Shown one piece after another: positions 49,868 through 60,283 of a stretch of 64,000 bases of DNA. The position numbers were made by a program, and so were the translations under genes. Under the pieces are notes generated by a model that saw only the letters and a program-made list of their open reading frames with translations, was not told the DNA's origin and searched no databases. Numbering within the stretch: position 1 is the stretch's first letter; each line of letters begins with the position of its first letter. This DNA is from a virus: IMG/VR virus record IMGVR_UViG_3300023110_000024, positions 1-64,000 of that record; one strand, written 5' to 3'.

Positions 49868-51067
49868 TTATAAAGTTTCCTGTGCAGAAATGTCGCCAGC
49901 TGCTAGAACATTACCTGCTGTTGTAATCTTGAAAAGCGTAGAAGTTCCATGCTTAATAACTACATTCCCATCAACATCTTGTTCCATAGCCCAACCGCCA
50001 GCACCAACTGACAAAGTTTTAGTTGCAAAATCTTGCGTATTATCTCCACTGATGTTAGCCTTGTTAGGAAGTTCTGTTACAGTTACTGCAAGATTTACAT
50101 CAGCAGTACCGTCCAATGTTACGCTACCTGTAGTATCTCCACCTAATGTAATAGTTCTAGCAGTTTTCCATTTCTCTGCTCTTTTGACATTTAGTTTGAT
50201 ATCTGGCTTATTGGCTGTGCCATCGAATCCTACTGATCCAACAACATCACCTAAATTAGCTTCGTCGTCAATATATGTAACAGTAATAGGATTAGTCCAT
50301 TTGTCAGCTTGCAGAGCTGTTAGTGTTACATCAATGCTTCCTTCGTTACCAGTAAAAGCACCTGTTGAACCTGTAGCATATGTGCCAATAAAATTTACAG
50401 TCAAAGAATTTTCTAGTTGAGTAGCAGTATCAGCATTGCCACCAACTGGTCCAACAAAAGAATTTGCTGTTACAGTATTGAATGTTCCATCATTTACTAC
50501 AATGTTGCCTTTCATTCCGCTAAATGATTCGCTAGTGTTCGTAGCGTCAGGAATAAATGTAAAAGCATTATCGGCTCGGCTAAAGCCAAAATAACCAATT
50601 TTTGCACCAGCTCCATCATGCCATCGGTATTCAATACCGCGATCTAATCCGTCGTTTGTAGTAGGAGCTATATCACCACCTAGTGTCATAACTGGGTCGT
50701 CAATTGTAACTTGTTGTGAATTGACAGTTGTAGTTGTACCGCCTACAATCAAATTACCAATAACCGTTAGATTACTGCTGAAGGTTGAAGGTTGAGCCAC
50801 AGTCAAAGTATTGCTTAATGTTAGTGGTGAAGCAATAGTTTGTCCAGTAGCTCTGGTTTGTGATACTGAATCAACTTTAATATTTTCAACACTTGTATCC
50901 ATGTTGGAAAGACCCGTCATCAAAGGAACATTTGTTCCAAGATGTGTGCCTGTTACTGTTGATGATCCGCCAGCAAAAGTTCCTCTGTTGGCGCCTGTTG
51001 TTTCCATTCCAAAAGCGGCTAGGCTTTTTTCATAGTCGGTATTTAATTGATTTAATGAAACTGCCAT
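49868..51067 (-). CDS. tail fibre protein
   Basis: DRGIEYRWHDG domain; GNADTATQL and KWKTARTITLGGDTTGSVTLDGT fibre repeats. Confidence 0.8.
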   Translation of the reverse strand: MAVSLNQLNTDYEKSLAAFGMETTGANRGTFAGGSSTVTGTHLGTNVPLMTGLSNMDTSVENIKVDSVSQTRATGQTIASPLTLSNTLTVAQPSTFSSNLTVIGNLIVGGTTTTVNSQQVTIDDPVMTLGGDIAPTTNDGLDRGIEYRWHDGAGAKIGYFGFSRADNAFTFIPDATNTSESFSGMKGNIVVNDGTFNTVTANSFVGPVGGNADTATQLENSLTVNFIGTYATGSTGAFTGNEGSIDVTLTALQADKWTNPITVTYIDDEANLGDVVGSVGFDGTANKPDIKLNVKRAEKWKTARTITLGGDTTGSVTLDGTADVNLAVTVTELPNKANISGDNTQDFATKTLSVGAGGWAMEQDVDGNVVIKHGTSTLFKITTAGNVLAAGDISAQETL

Positions 51068-51081
51068 TTATATACTCCTTA

Positions 51082-52467
51082 TTATATAGTTACATCGGTT
51101 CCGCTCTGGAAGACACCAGTAGAATCCATTTTAAACATTACAGTTCCGCCAATAGAGAATAATATATCATTACTGGCGTTTGTTTGAATAGTCCAGTTGC
51201 CCAAATATACTGTGTCAGTAATTTTAGCTGAACCTTGTATTTCGATATTGTCATTTATTTGTACTGTTCCCCCAGCTGAATCTATTATTAAATTGCCAGC
51301 GTCAGTATCAATAGTGTTGCTAGTTGTTACAGCAGTTTGGATATTGCCAACTGCTGTATTTTGAGAAAGTAATCCACCAATATAAGCATACTGCCAATAA
51401 GTAGATGGAGATCCTAAAGATCGAGCTAAATCTGTGTCTGGCACAATATCAGAGTTTACGAGACCATATATTGCTACTCTATCATCTGAATTATTGCCAA
51501 GATAGTTTTCTGCTCCTGCTGCTATAAATGTTCCAAGGAATGTTGATTGTCCTACTACCGCTAGTTGAGCTCCTAATGTAGTATCTCCGGTTACAGTAAG
51601 CGTTCCGTCTAAACCACTATTACCTACTACATTAAAACCGCCTGTCACTGTAGTAGTGACTAAATTACTAGCACTTAAGACTGTCAAAGCACCGTCTATT
51701 TGCGTAGCGCCTGTAATACCAGCAGTTCCAGAAACAGACAAATTGTTGTTTATATTAGTAGCTCCTGTAACACTAAGAGTATTTCCTAATGTAGTAGCTC
51801 CCGTAACACCTAATGTTGAGCTTAGTGTAGTAGCTCCAGAAACTCCTAAAGTTCCGCCTATAGTAGTGTTTGAAGTAACACCTAATGTTGAGCTTAGTGT
51901 AGTAGCTCCTGCAACTGATAGTGTTCCTAGCAAAGTAGAATTTTCATCAATCTGTAAAGTATCAATAGTTGCTTTTCCGTTGATGTAGAGATCTTTCCAT
52001 TGTTGTGTTGTGCTTCCAAGATCATATGTATCATCTACATCTGGAATAATATTTGATGTAATGTCAGCAGCAATAGTCAATGTATCTGTAGCAGCATCAC
52101 CAGCATTGGAATTTCCGCCAATAGTAATATTTCCTGTCAAATCAAAATTGCCGCCTACTGCTAAGTCTCCACTAATAGTAAGAGAAGAAATAGATGGGCT
52201 TGATGTAAATGTTAATACACCTGCTCCGTCTGTTTGTAATACTTCTCCTGGATTACCTACTGTAGGTGGTAGCGTTAGCTTAATATTTGATGCTACTTCT
52301 GCTCCAACTATTTGTGTTGAGAATGAGTTAGCTGAGTTATTGACATAAAAACCGCCTCCTTCTCCTGCATCTCCTCGCAATAAGAAAAAATCACCTGGTG
52401 CTAGTTCGCCTAAGGCAGTTACTATTCCAGACGTTTTAATTGCTTTTACTAATTCAACTTGTGCCAT
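51082..52467 (-). CDS. fibre protein
   Basis: LTLPPTVG..G.VL.TDGAG; GATTLSSTLGV repeats; IPDVDDTYDLGS. Confidence 0.75.
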   Translation of the reverse strand: MAQVELVKAIKTSGIVTALGELAPGDFFLLRGDAGEGGGFYVNNSANSFSTQIVGAEVASNIKLTLPPTVGNPGEVLQTDGAGVLTFTSSPSISSLTISGDLAVGGNFDLTGNITIGGNSNAGDAATDTLTIAADITSNIIPDVDDTYDLGSTTQQWKDLYINGKATIDTLQIDENSTLLGTLSVAGATTLSSTLGVTSNTTIGGTLGVSGATTLSSTLGVTGATTLGNTLSVTGATNINNNLSVSGTAGITGATQIDGALTVLSASNLVTTTVTGGFNVVGNSGLDGTLTVTGDTTLGAQLAVVGQSTFLGTFIAAGAENYLGNNSDDRVAIYGLVNSDIVPDTDLARSLGSPSTYWQYAYIGGLLSQNTAVGNIQTAVTTSNTIDTDAGNLIIDSAGGTVQINDNIEIQGSAKITDTVYLGNWTIQTNASNDILFSIGGTVMFKMDSTGVFQSGTDVTI

Positions 52468-52469
52468 AT

Positions 52470-52685
52470 TTAATTCACCTTAACTTCTGTTTCGCTGCCA
52501 TCCCAGTTTGTAAATGGTACGTTACCAGCTCTATTTAAACATATTGGGCTAAATGCTCCGTCAGTTCTATAAAATGGAAATACTGTCAATGATATAAGCC
52601 AATTGTTGTTAGCTAAATCTATATAATCTATATCATCGTTACCAAAAGTTCCAATATACTCTAGATTAGTTTCTTCTCGGATCAT
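52470..52685 (-). CDS. small hypothetical protein
   Basis: ATGA-coupled to the upstream gene. Confidence 0.65.
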   Translation of the reverse strand: MIREETNLEYIGTFGNDDIDYIDLANNNWLISLTVFPFYRTDGAFSPICLNRAGNVPFTNWDGSETEVKVN

Positions 52686-53026
52686 GCTACATCCTCAAGT
52701 ATAGATGCTAGTGCATCTAATGTTGCAAAGTTTGAGTATAGATGTATTTCATCTCCAAGATTCAATACTATTTTTTGTCCTGAAATAATCTTTAGGGTTC
52801 CTTTTACTGGAACTTCTGCATCTTTTACAATATGATATTGGGTACCTGCGCTAACATCATTTAGCAATACAGTAACATTCGCAATGTTTGTACCTACGTT
52901 AGCAATATCTAATTCTAATAAGATTGAATTTACAGGCGTTCCGTTATTGGCAGTATATAATACTGTTGGGTTAGATGGATCAGTTGATATTCCGTTTGTG
53001 CCTGCATTCTTGAAATTATTTGCCAT
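52682..53026 (-). CDS. small virion structural protein (MANNF-type beta sandwich)
   Basis: MANNFKN...LYT...IAN...GQKIVL..GD...SILE; paralog of 58823..59200. Confidence 0.65.
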   Translation of the reverse strand: MANNFKNAGTNGISTDPSNPTVLYTANNGTPVNSILLELDIANVGTNIANVTVLLNDVSAGTQYHIVKDAEVPVKGTLKIISGQKIVLNLGDEIHLYSNFATLDALASILEDVA

Positions 53027-53054
53027 TTATAATCCTTATCTCTACTATTATTTA

Positions 53055-56000
53055 TCAACCAAGTGCAATCGCCATCACTAGGGCAAATTCTTCTGTCGCT
53101 ATAGGTAATTCTCTTAGCGTTCCTGTTTCAGCTATTTGAATGTCTTTTGTTGTAATCATTTCTGTAGCGTCAATATTTGTAGCATCAATATCATTTACTA
53201 TAATATCACCTGGTAATCCACTAAATTCTTCAGCTATATTGGTGGCATCTGGGATAAAGGTAAATGCTTGTGCTGATTTGTCCCAACCAAAAAATCCTAG
53301 CTTTGGATCTGTGCCATCGTGCCATTGATATTCAATACCGCGATCCATTGTATCCGCCACTGTTTGTGGCTCGTCTCCGCCCAATGTAAATATTGGATCG
53401 TCAATAGTAACAGTAGTTGAATTGACTGTTGTAGTTGTGCCTTGTACTGTTAAATCTCCACCAACTACTACACTACCAGACACACTCAAGTCATCATCTA
53501 CAATAGTTTGCCCTGTAGCTGAGTCAAGTATGAGATCCATGCTAAGTGTATCTATTTCATTATTTGCTGTTACCGCTATTTGCAAATCTCCTACTGTAAG
53601 TGATCCTGGAATAGATGACCCAAAGTTAAATTCACCATTTCCATCGCTCAATAAAAACAGTCCTTCAGTAGTCAAAGGATCATTTGTTACAGTATCTAAA
53701 TCTACCATTAGTCTCAACTCAGGATAGATAAAATCATAAGTTGCATCGCCATTTGACACTAACATTAATCCTGGTATGGCTGTCGATGAAGGCGGTAGTA
53801 ATGGATTGATTGGGTCTGCGTATGTCCTATCTGCTTTGACAGTAGTTCCAACGGATTGTGTTACAGTAGTATTGACATCATACATATTATCAAGTCTAGT
53901 CATCCAATCTGATGGATTTCTAAAGTTGAATCCACCCATTCCATCAGTAGTTAATACAAGACCCATTACAGTTTGATAGTCATCAATACCATCAGGTGTA
54001 AAGTCAATATCAGTTAGCCCAACAAGTGTTTTTGTAATAAGAGTGTTTGGTTCTACAAAATTATACGCACCTCCGCCTCGGCTTGTTAGAACATAGTCAG
54101 CGTTGGTTGCGTCTGTAAAATCTACATCAGTTGCGTATTCAAGTTCTTGATCTACAAATTTATAATAAGGATCTGTTGCGTTACCAGTGCCTGTAGATAT
54201 CATAATCTTATTAGCAGTAGTCTTTGGATCATTAGTAATTGTATCTACGTCTGGTAAGTTATTGAACTCGTTGAATGTGCTAAAATGATATGTTCCGTCA
54301 CCCTTACTTGTCAATACCAAATTAGGAACAATGTCTGGATTATTTGTTGAAGCGTCTAAGTTACGCAGGTTTTGAATGCGTGGCTCAGCCTCTTTGAACA
54401 TATAAGTTCCATTTGTTCCAGTGCTTGTTAGCACAAGGTTCTCTGTTGTTTTAGGATTATTAGTTGTGTCATCTATATCAACTAAAAAGTCTAAAGTAGG
54501 AAACTTGAAGCTATATGTTTCATCTCCGTCTGTTACAAATACTAGATTAGGTGTAGTAGTTGGGGCATAAGTTGTGCCTGTTACAGGATGAACTGTAGTG
54601 TCATAATCAAAGTCTTCCCATCGTCTGTTGAACAAGTTGTTAGCAATATCTTTAAAGCTAAAAGTGCCATTACCGTTACTTGCTAGTACCCAATTTATCT
54701 CGCTGCCAGCAGTTGTTCCATTTGTAACATCCTGTAATGTTCTCATCAAAGGTTGTATAAATGAGAAGTTATCACTACCGTCTGTAATCATTATATAGCC
54801 AGCACCAGCGCCTGTAGTTGTTACTGAAGCAAATGAATCAAAGTCTAGTCTTTTGAATCCAAATGTGCCATCGCCACGTGATGTCATAACTAAATCATCT
54901 ACGTTACGTGGATCATTAGTTAGTGTATCAACATCTTCTGTAGTTTTTAGAAGTGGCTGTTTAAAGCTATAAGTTCCGTCTCCGTCGCTTGCCAAACTCC
55001 AATTATTTTGTGTGCTGTTAGCATAATCAATATTCAATAAATGATTGAAGTTTATATTTTCAAATGTATAATTACCCGCTGTATCACTCATTAATACAGT
55101 GTTTGGTGTTACAGCATTGCCTACATTTACATCGTCTAGTCTAGCTACAGATGGCATTTCAAATTGGAAGTTACCTGCGCCTGTGACAGTTAATACTGCT
55201 CCTATAGCATTATCATTGACTGGGTTCCAGCCTACAATATAATCTGTAAGTATGTTAGGAAGTTGGAATTCATATTGATCTGAACCCATTCCTAAACTTG
55301 TAAGAACTAGTCCTTGTGTAGTAATAGGATCTAGTGCAGTTGGTGTTTGTACAACATCTAATAGTCCTCTTACAGTCTCAATAGGCTCTACAAATTCGCA
55401 TATACCTGCTGCGGTTGTTTTTAGAATTAGATTTGGTGTTCTGAATGTTGTAGCATCTACATTTACATCTTCTAATACTTCCAAGCGTCTTTGTACTGCT
55501 TTCCATTCGTAGTTTGTTCCTGTGCTAGTTAGCACTAAATCAGGACCAATACTTGTGGACCAATCAATGTTTGTGATAGTTCCTGTAGGTGAAAAATCTA
55601 CAGTTGCTCGTTGCCAATCATACTCGCTACCGCCTTTGGAAGTTAGCACTAACCCTGGCATTGACTGTGGAGTGTTAGTAGCAAAATCTATGCTAGTAAC
55701 TTGATTGAAGTCTGCATATTCCCAACGGAATGATTGAACTCCTGTTGTAGAATCAATGTGTGATGTTAGATGAACTCCGTCTGTTGCGTATGGATTTGTA
55801 GTAGCCCAGTCAATTAAGTTGATGCCAGTAGGGGCAAAATCAACAGTAGGAACTCTCCAATTATAAGTTTCATCACCGTTAGATGTCATTACTAATCCGT
55901 CAATATTGTGCGGATCATTTGTAACAAAATCTATATTATATAAGTCGTTAAAGTCAGCAAAGGACCATCGAAATGAGTGTGCGCCAGTATTAGGATCAAT

Positions 56001-56897
56001 ATAAGATGATAAATGTAATCCTGAGAATGTATAAGGATCATTAGTAATCCAATCAAGTCCTGTTATGTCTTTCAAATCACTTGAGGGTGTTTGCCAAGTA
56101 AATTCATTTGGGTTAGGCCCTGATGTTAAAACTTTTCCTGCTGTTGTAAGAGGATCGTTTGTGTACCAATCAATCCCTGTTAAGTTAGTAAATTCTGAAG
56201 TAGGAACTTGGAATTGATATAACCCGCTGCCAATAGTTGTAAGCACAAGTCCAGGTGTAACTGTTGGATCTGGTGAGGCTCCCCATACAATGCTAGTAAG
56301 GTTATTGAAGTCTGCTGTTGGTATTTGGAAATTGAATCCGCCTACTCCATCTGTAGTTAGAACAAGTCCTGGAGTGTCTGTTGGATCATTTTCTTTTAGT
56401 ATATCCTGTGCTTCAAGGCTTACATCAAATAATTTTTTTAGTTCTGGTTGTTGCCATTCCCATATACCTGTTCCAACATCTGTTAGAACAAATCCGTTGT
56501 TACCTGCTGTTGTATGATCTATATCTTTTAGATGAGAAAATAATGTATCTCTAAAACTATAAGTTCCGTCACCATCACTAATCAATACAGTGTCTGTGAT
56601 AGCAGCATTAGAAAAATCAATATCAACTAATTCATCTAATTGCATATTGAGCGAAGAGGTAGGAACAAATCTAAATGTTTCGTCACCTTGAGATTGTAAC
56701 AATAATAAAGGAGTTACTTTTGCGTCATCTCTATTAGGAATGTCATATAAATGCTCAATAGCATTTATAGGTTCCATTGTAGAGAATGAATTTATAACCT
56801 CGCCTGTTTCAGATAATGTTACGGAAGACTGATCTCCATAAGCGAATTTTAAGTGATTGTCATTATCTAAAGATACCGACCATTTATTTTTTGCCAT
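53055..56897 (-). CDS. 1280-aa repetitive fibre protein
   Basis: Many (G/N)LVLTSxGxGxYxF...LxDVD repeats; DRGIEYQWHDG domain; C-terminus MAIALG. Confidence 0.8.
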   Translation of the reverse strand: MAKNKWSVSLDNDNHLKFAYGDQSSVTLSETGEVINSFSTMEPINAIEHLYDIPNRDDAKVTPLLLLQSQGDETFRFVPTSSLNMQLDELVDIDFSNAAITDTVLISDGDGTYSFRDTLFSHLKDIDHTTAGNNGFVLTDVGTGIWEWQQPELKKLFDVSLEAQDILKENDPTDTPGLVLTTDGVGGFNFQIPTADFNNLTSIVWGASPDPTVTPGLVLTTIGSGLYQFQVPTSEFTNLTGIDWYTNDPLTTAGKVLTSGPNPNEFTWQTPSSDLKDITGLDWITNDPYTFSGLHLSSYIDPNTGAHSFRWSFADFNDLYNIDFVTNDPHNIDGLVMTSNGDETYNWRVPTVDFAPTGINLIDWATTNPYATDGVHLTSHIDSTTGVQSFRWEYADFNQVTSIDFATNTPQSMPGLVLTSKGGSEYDWQRATVDFSPTGTITNIDWSTSIGPDLVLTSTGTNYEWKAVQRRLEVLEDVNVDATTFRTPNLILKTTAAGICEFVEPIETVRGLLDVVQTPTALDPITTQGLVLTSLGMGSDQYEFQLPNILTDYIVGWNPVNDNAIGAVLTVTGAGNFQFEMPSVARLDDVNVGNAVTPNTVLMSDTAGNYTFENINFNHLLNIDYANSTQNNWSLASDGDGTYSFKQPLLKTTEDVDTLTNDPRNVDDLVMTSRGDGTFGFKRLDFDSFASVTTTGAGAGYIMITDGSDNFSFIQPLMRTLQDVTNGTTAGSEINWVLASNGNGTFSFKDIANNLFNRRWEDFDYDTTVHPVTGTTYAPTTTPNLVFVTDGDETYSFKFPTLDFLVDIDDTTNNPKTTENLVLTSTGTNGTYMFKEAEPRIQNLRNLDASTNNPDIVPNLVLTSKGDGTYHFSTFNEFNNLPDVDTITNDPKTTANKIMISTGTGNATDPYYKFVDQELEYATDVDFTDATNADYVLTSRGGGAYNFVEPNTLITKTLVGLTDIDFTPDGIDDYQTVMGLVLTTDGMGGFNFRNPSDWMTRLDNMYDVNTTVTQSVGTTVKADRTYADPINPLLPPSSTAIPGLMLVSNGDATYDFIYPELRLMVDLDTVTNDPLTTEGLFLLSDGNGEFNFGSSIPGSLTVGDLQIAVTANNEIDTLSMDLILDSATGQTIVDDDLSVSGSVVVGGDLTVQGTTTTVNSTTVTIDDPIFTLGGDEPQTVADTMDRGIEYQWHDGTDPKLGFFGWDKSAQAFTFIPDATNIAEEFSGLPGDIIVNDIDATNIDATEMITTKDIQIAETGTLRELPIATEEFALVMAIALG

Positions 56898-56909
56898 TCA
56901 TCATTCCTC

Positions 56910-58823
56910 TTATATAATTCCAGTAACTGTTTTCTGATTTAGATATATCAGTGTAATTCTCAAGTTATTGACATCAAAGTCAAAGTCTATCTTTATTGTT
57001 CCATCAGGATTTCTTATTTTGGTAACTGCGGCTGTATTAAGTGGTTCAGCAAATTGTATAAAGGTACCTGTTCTTCTTACAAGTCCGTTACCTCTACCTT
57101 TGCCAGTAATTTCGTGAATGTAAAATGCTCCACTACCGTTGCCTCCTAATATATCATCTTCTTCATATGCGCCTACAATAGCAAACTCGCCATCAGCAGC
57201 CAATGAGGATCCATATCTATCATTATCTCCGCTACCTATTACATTTGGATTTAGAATATCATTAATTCGTTCACCATCTGCTGTGTCAAATACATAAACT
57301 CGTCCAGTATCAGTTATGCCAGCAATATCTTCTTGATGAGCTGATGCCATAAAGAAATAATCTGAAACTGCAACCTTATAACCAAAAAAGTCGTTTGCGT
57401 CTGGCACATATGCATTTGGATTTACTATCTCGTATATTGGAACATTAGGCCTATGTCCTTTGATATCATAAATATAAATCCTACCTGATCCAGCTCCAGT
57501 AGGTGTCTCATAATTTGGAGCACCAATAATGGCAAATTCATTTGACATATCCATTGACAAACCAAACATATCTGTGTTATTATTATTTGGGTTGTTAATT
57601 GTAAATAAGTGATCGCCAGTAGCAACTTCAAATACATATACTGCATCTTGTGTATGTGTTCCTACCATAACATATACATCATTTATAGATACCACATCAC
57701 CAAAGTCTTGTCCTGTTGCTACTGGATTTTCTAATATCCAACGCGGTTTTGACAAGTCTGCCAAATCATATATGTATGCTTTGCCAGTAGGGTCTGCTTT
57801 AGGAGCGCCTACTACTAAATGAGTTTCTGATAGAGCTACACTATACCCAAACCAATCCTCAGCATCTCCAATGGATATATCTGGATTAGTAAGAGTGTTA
57901 GTCGGGGCTCCTGTCATTGCTGTGAGGCTATAAACATATGCTCTACCTGATTTGTTCCCCGTAGCTACTGCATCATCATCTCTCCAAGATCCAATAGCAA
58001 CCCAATTACTGTTTATTGCTACGCTAGCTCCAAAGTGATCGTCTTGTGCATCACCCACTGCTCTTGGATTGACTATTTTTTGTATTTGTGTTCCTGTTGA
58101 GTCATATAGATATGCAGATCCAGCACTTGCTTCACCCGATGCTGATGCTTCTTTAGGGGCGCCTATAATGCTAATACCGTTAGCAACATCTGCCGAGTAC
58201 CCAAAGTTATAGCCTACCATGCCTGGTGTTGGGTTAGGTACTTGTGCTGTTGTCGTAACAGTAGTTGTATAGTTAGCTACAAATATTGTCTCTTCATCTG
58301 AGTTTCCAGATCCTAATACTGTAAAGTCTGTATTACCAGTTTGAATAATCTGATATTCAACACCTTTTACAATTCTATTAGCAGAGACTTCTTCGCCTAT
58401 TCCTACTTCTGTTGGATTGCTAATAAAAGTATAATCTTGATTTGGTGTAAAGAATCTTTGATCGACAAACACCAATGTATTGTTTGGATCTAGTTCGTTA
58501 TCGCCATCATCAAGTATATCAGTTAGTGGTCCAAACATTACATCTTGTTTATCAAATCCACTATAGAATACTTCGTTGGTGATAAAAGTTGGTTGATCAT
58601 ATCCGTTTAGCCTCCATACACCATCTTGGAAGAACTCAAAGTTCATTAAGTCTGTATTATAACGAACGTATCCTTCAACACCTATTGGACGCTCTGCTGT
58701 AGTGCCTCTTGGTACAAGCATTACAGTTCCATCAAATGAGGTGATTTGGGTTAATGGATCATACTTCAATCCTTTACCTGTAATAACACGAGCATTTGTT
58801 GTTTGATTTTTGATTAGTCTCAT
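56910..58823 (-). CDS. structural protein with a seven-repeat FG-GAP propeller
   Basis: N-terminal VPRGTTAERP...GYVRYNTD...FEFF module; seven FG-GAP repeats. Confidence 0.8.
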   Translation of the reverse strand: MRLIKNQTTNARVITGKGLKYDPLTQITSFDGTVMLVPRGTTAERPIGVEGYVRYNTDLMNFEFFQDGVWRLNGYDQPTFITNEVFYSGFDKQDVMFGPLTDILDDGDNELDPNNTLVFVDQRFFTPNQDYTFISNPTEVGIGEEVSANRIVKGVEYQIIQTGNTDFTVLGSGNSDEETIFVANYTTTVTTTAQVPNPTPGMVGYNFGYSADVANGISIIGAPKEASASGEASAGSAYLYDSTGTQIQKIVNPRAVGDAQDDHFGASVAINSNWVAIGSWRDDDAVATGNKSGRAYVYSLTAMTGAPTNTLTNPDISIGDAEDWFGYSVALSETHLVVGAPKADPTGKAYIYDLADLSKPRWILENPVATGQDFGDVVSINDVYVMVGTHTQDAVYVFEVATGDHLFTINNPNNNNTDMFGLSMDMSNEFAIIGAPNYETPTGAGSGRIYIYDIKGHRPNVPIYEIVNPNAYVPDANDFFGYKVAVSDYFFMASAHQEDIAGITDTGRVYVFDTADGERINDILNPNVIGSGDNDRYGSSLAADGEFAIVGAYEEDDILGGNGSGAFYIHEITGKGRGNGLVRRTGTFIQFAEPLNTAAVTKIRNPDGTIKIDFDFDVNNLRITLIYLNQKTVTGII

Positions 58824-59200
58824 TATACTTCCAAATAGCTTATCATCACACCTAAATCTGTTAACATCTGGTTACCAGGAACTAAACTAGGGTCGTCTAG
58901 TACGCCGGGTTGAGAAAATAAAACAACTTTATCACCTTCACCTAATACAATCTTTTCCGTATCAAATGTAAAAGTTTCTTCAGGAGCTAAAGTAAGATTA
59001 TTGATAACTTTGGTAGCATTTGGATCATTTTGCCCAGCACTAACTGGATCGCCTGCTCCAACAATATGCAAATCAAAACTTGAACTTTCAGTTGAGTTAT
59101 TATTACATACCGTAATAGTTGTAACTGCCAGAGTTTGTCCTGGTTGTGCAACTAATAATTCCAAATTCTCATTTCTTAATCTAACACTCTTAACCGCCAT
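58823..59200 (-). CDS. small virion structural protein
   Basis: AVTTITVCN, ETFTFDTEKIVLGEGD, ISYLEV; similar to 52682..53026. Confidence 0.65.
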   Translation of the reverse strand: MAVKSVRLRNENLELLVAQPGQTLAVTTITVCNNNSTESSSFDLHIVGAGDPVSAGQNDPNATKVINNLTLAPEETFTFDTEKIVLGEGDKVVLFSQPGVLDDPSLVPGNQMLTDLGVMISYLEV

Positions 59201-59209
59201 ATTTTATCC

Positions 59210-60238
59210 TTAAAAAAGCATACTAAAAATCAGTGAACGATTCCTGCTTATAATCTCATCTCTTGTTTCATGTCTGTTCACGTAGTATATTCCTGTGTCA
59301 CCTGGTCCTTCCTCTGAGGTATATAATCTTACACCTTCTGTGGGTCTTGTTGGTGTATTACCAGGTACTATTTCTTGTATTTCTATAACGTGATCCACTA
59401 CAACTACACCACCGTTTATGGCAGTTAGTTCTAAATTGCCTCCTGCCATAGCAGGGTGAATATTATTTTCAGTAAATTGCAATCCTCTTGTAGTAATGTG
59501 ATCGTTGTCAAATGTCATTTTAAGATCACCATCTACAGTAACTTCAACTCTGCTTGGATCGCCATCAAAGTCAAAATCATACGCAATGACTGAAGTATCG
59601 TAAGTAGAAATAATACTACCTGTGCCAATATTAGCAAAGGCATAATACATATAATCTACTAGAGCACGAACATTAGGAATATTATCATCATCAAGAATGG
59701 CGTCATTGCCATTATCAACAATATCAGCACCCACGTAATTGAAACACTTTCGTTCATAATCAATGCTATTAGTAACACTGATAACTTCGTTACCAACATC
59801 GATAAAAAGTGTTCCAGGCGATTTAATACCATTGATATAAATTGGTAGCGTACCATATCCAAGATCCTCAAATCTAAAAGTTCCTTGTCCTTTATCGCCT
59901 CCCATTTCCCAAGCAATAGCTTCATCCCAAACCATTCTTACTCGAGATCCGTTGAACCCTCTATCAATCTCAATACCTGATTGTCCTTCAAGAACTGTGC
60001 TAATTCCTGATCCATCTTTGTATTTGTTTAGCACAATGATATTATCATTAATATCTAAATCTGTTGAGTTGATTGTAGTAGTTTTACCTTTTACTTCTAA
60101 CTGTCCATTGATAATAACTTTACCAATAAGCTCGTTATCCGTATTGACTTGTCCTCTAGATGTATCTAGAATAATATGTTCACCAGGTTCAACCTTAACA
60201 ATGTAATTACCGTTTTCTACATTTAATACTTTTGACAT
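59210..60238 (-). CDS. virion structural/fibre-base protein
   Basis: GQLEVKGKTTTINST.L.I.DNII.LN, GIEIDRG; C-terminus SLIFSMLF. Confidence 0.65.
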   Translation of the reverse strand: MSKVLNVENGNYIVKVEPGEHIILDTSRGQVNTDNELIGKVIINGQLEVKGKTTTINSTDLDINDNIIVLNKYKDGSGISTVLEGQSGIEIDRGFNGSRVRMVWDEAIAWEMGGDKGQGTFRFEDLGYGTLPIYINGIKSPGTLFIDVGNEVISVTNSIDYERKCFNYVGADIVDNGNDAILDDDNIPNVRALVDYMYYAFANIGTGSIISTYDTSVIAYDFDFDGDPSRVEVTVDGDLKMTFDNDHITTRGLQFTENNIHPAMAGGNLELTAINGGVVVVDHVIEIQEIVPGNTPTRPTEGVRLYTSEEGPGDTGIYYVNRHETRDEIISRNRSLIFSMLF

Positions 60239-60252
60239 ATTTGGTCCTATAA

Positions 60253-60271
60253 TAGGGAGACTTCCTCCCTA
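60253..60271 (-). promoter_or_regulatory. hairpin in the leader downstream of a TAAATA motif
   Basis: TAGGGAG-ACTTC-CTCCCTA; AATAAATA (minus strand) at 60278-60285. Confidence 0.4.
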
Positions 60272-60283
60272 ATATAATATTTA

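Noticed and set aside
38419-56517. Many plus-strand ORFs (e.g. 38419..38817, 47331..47834, 49890..50420, 51656..51988)
   Set aside because: Antisense shadows of Thr/Gly-rich fibre genes with no independent motifs
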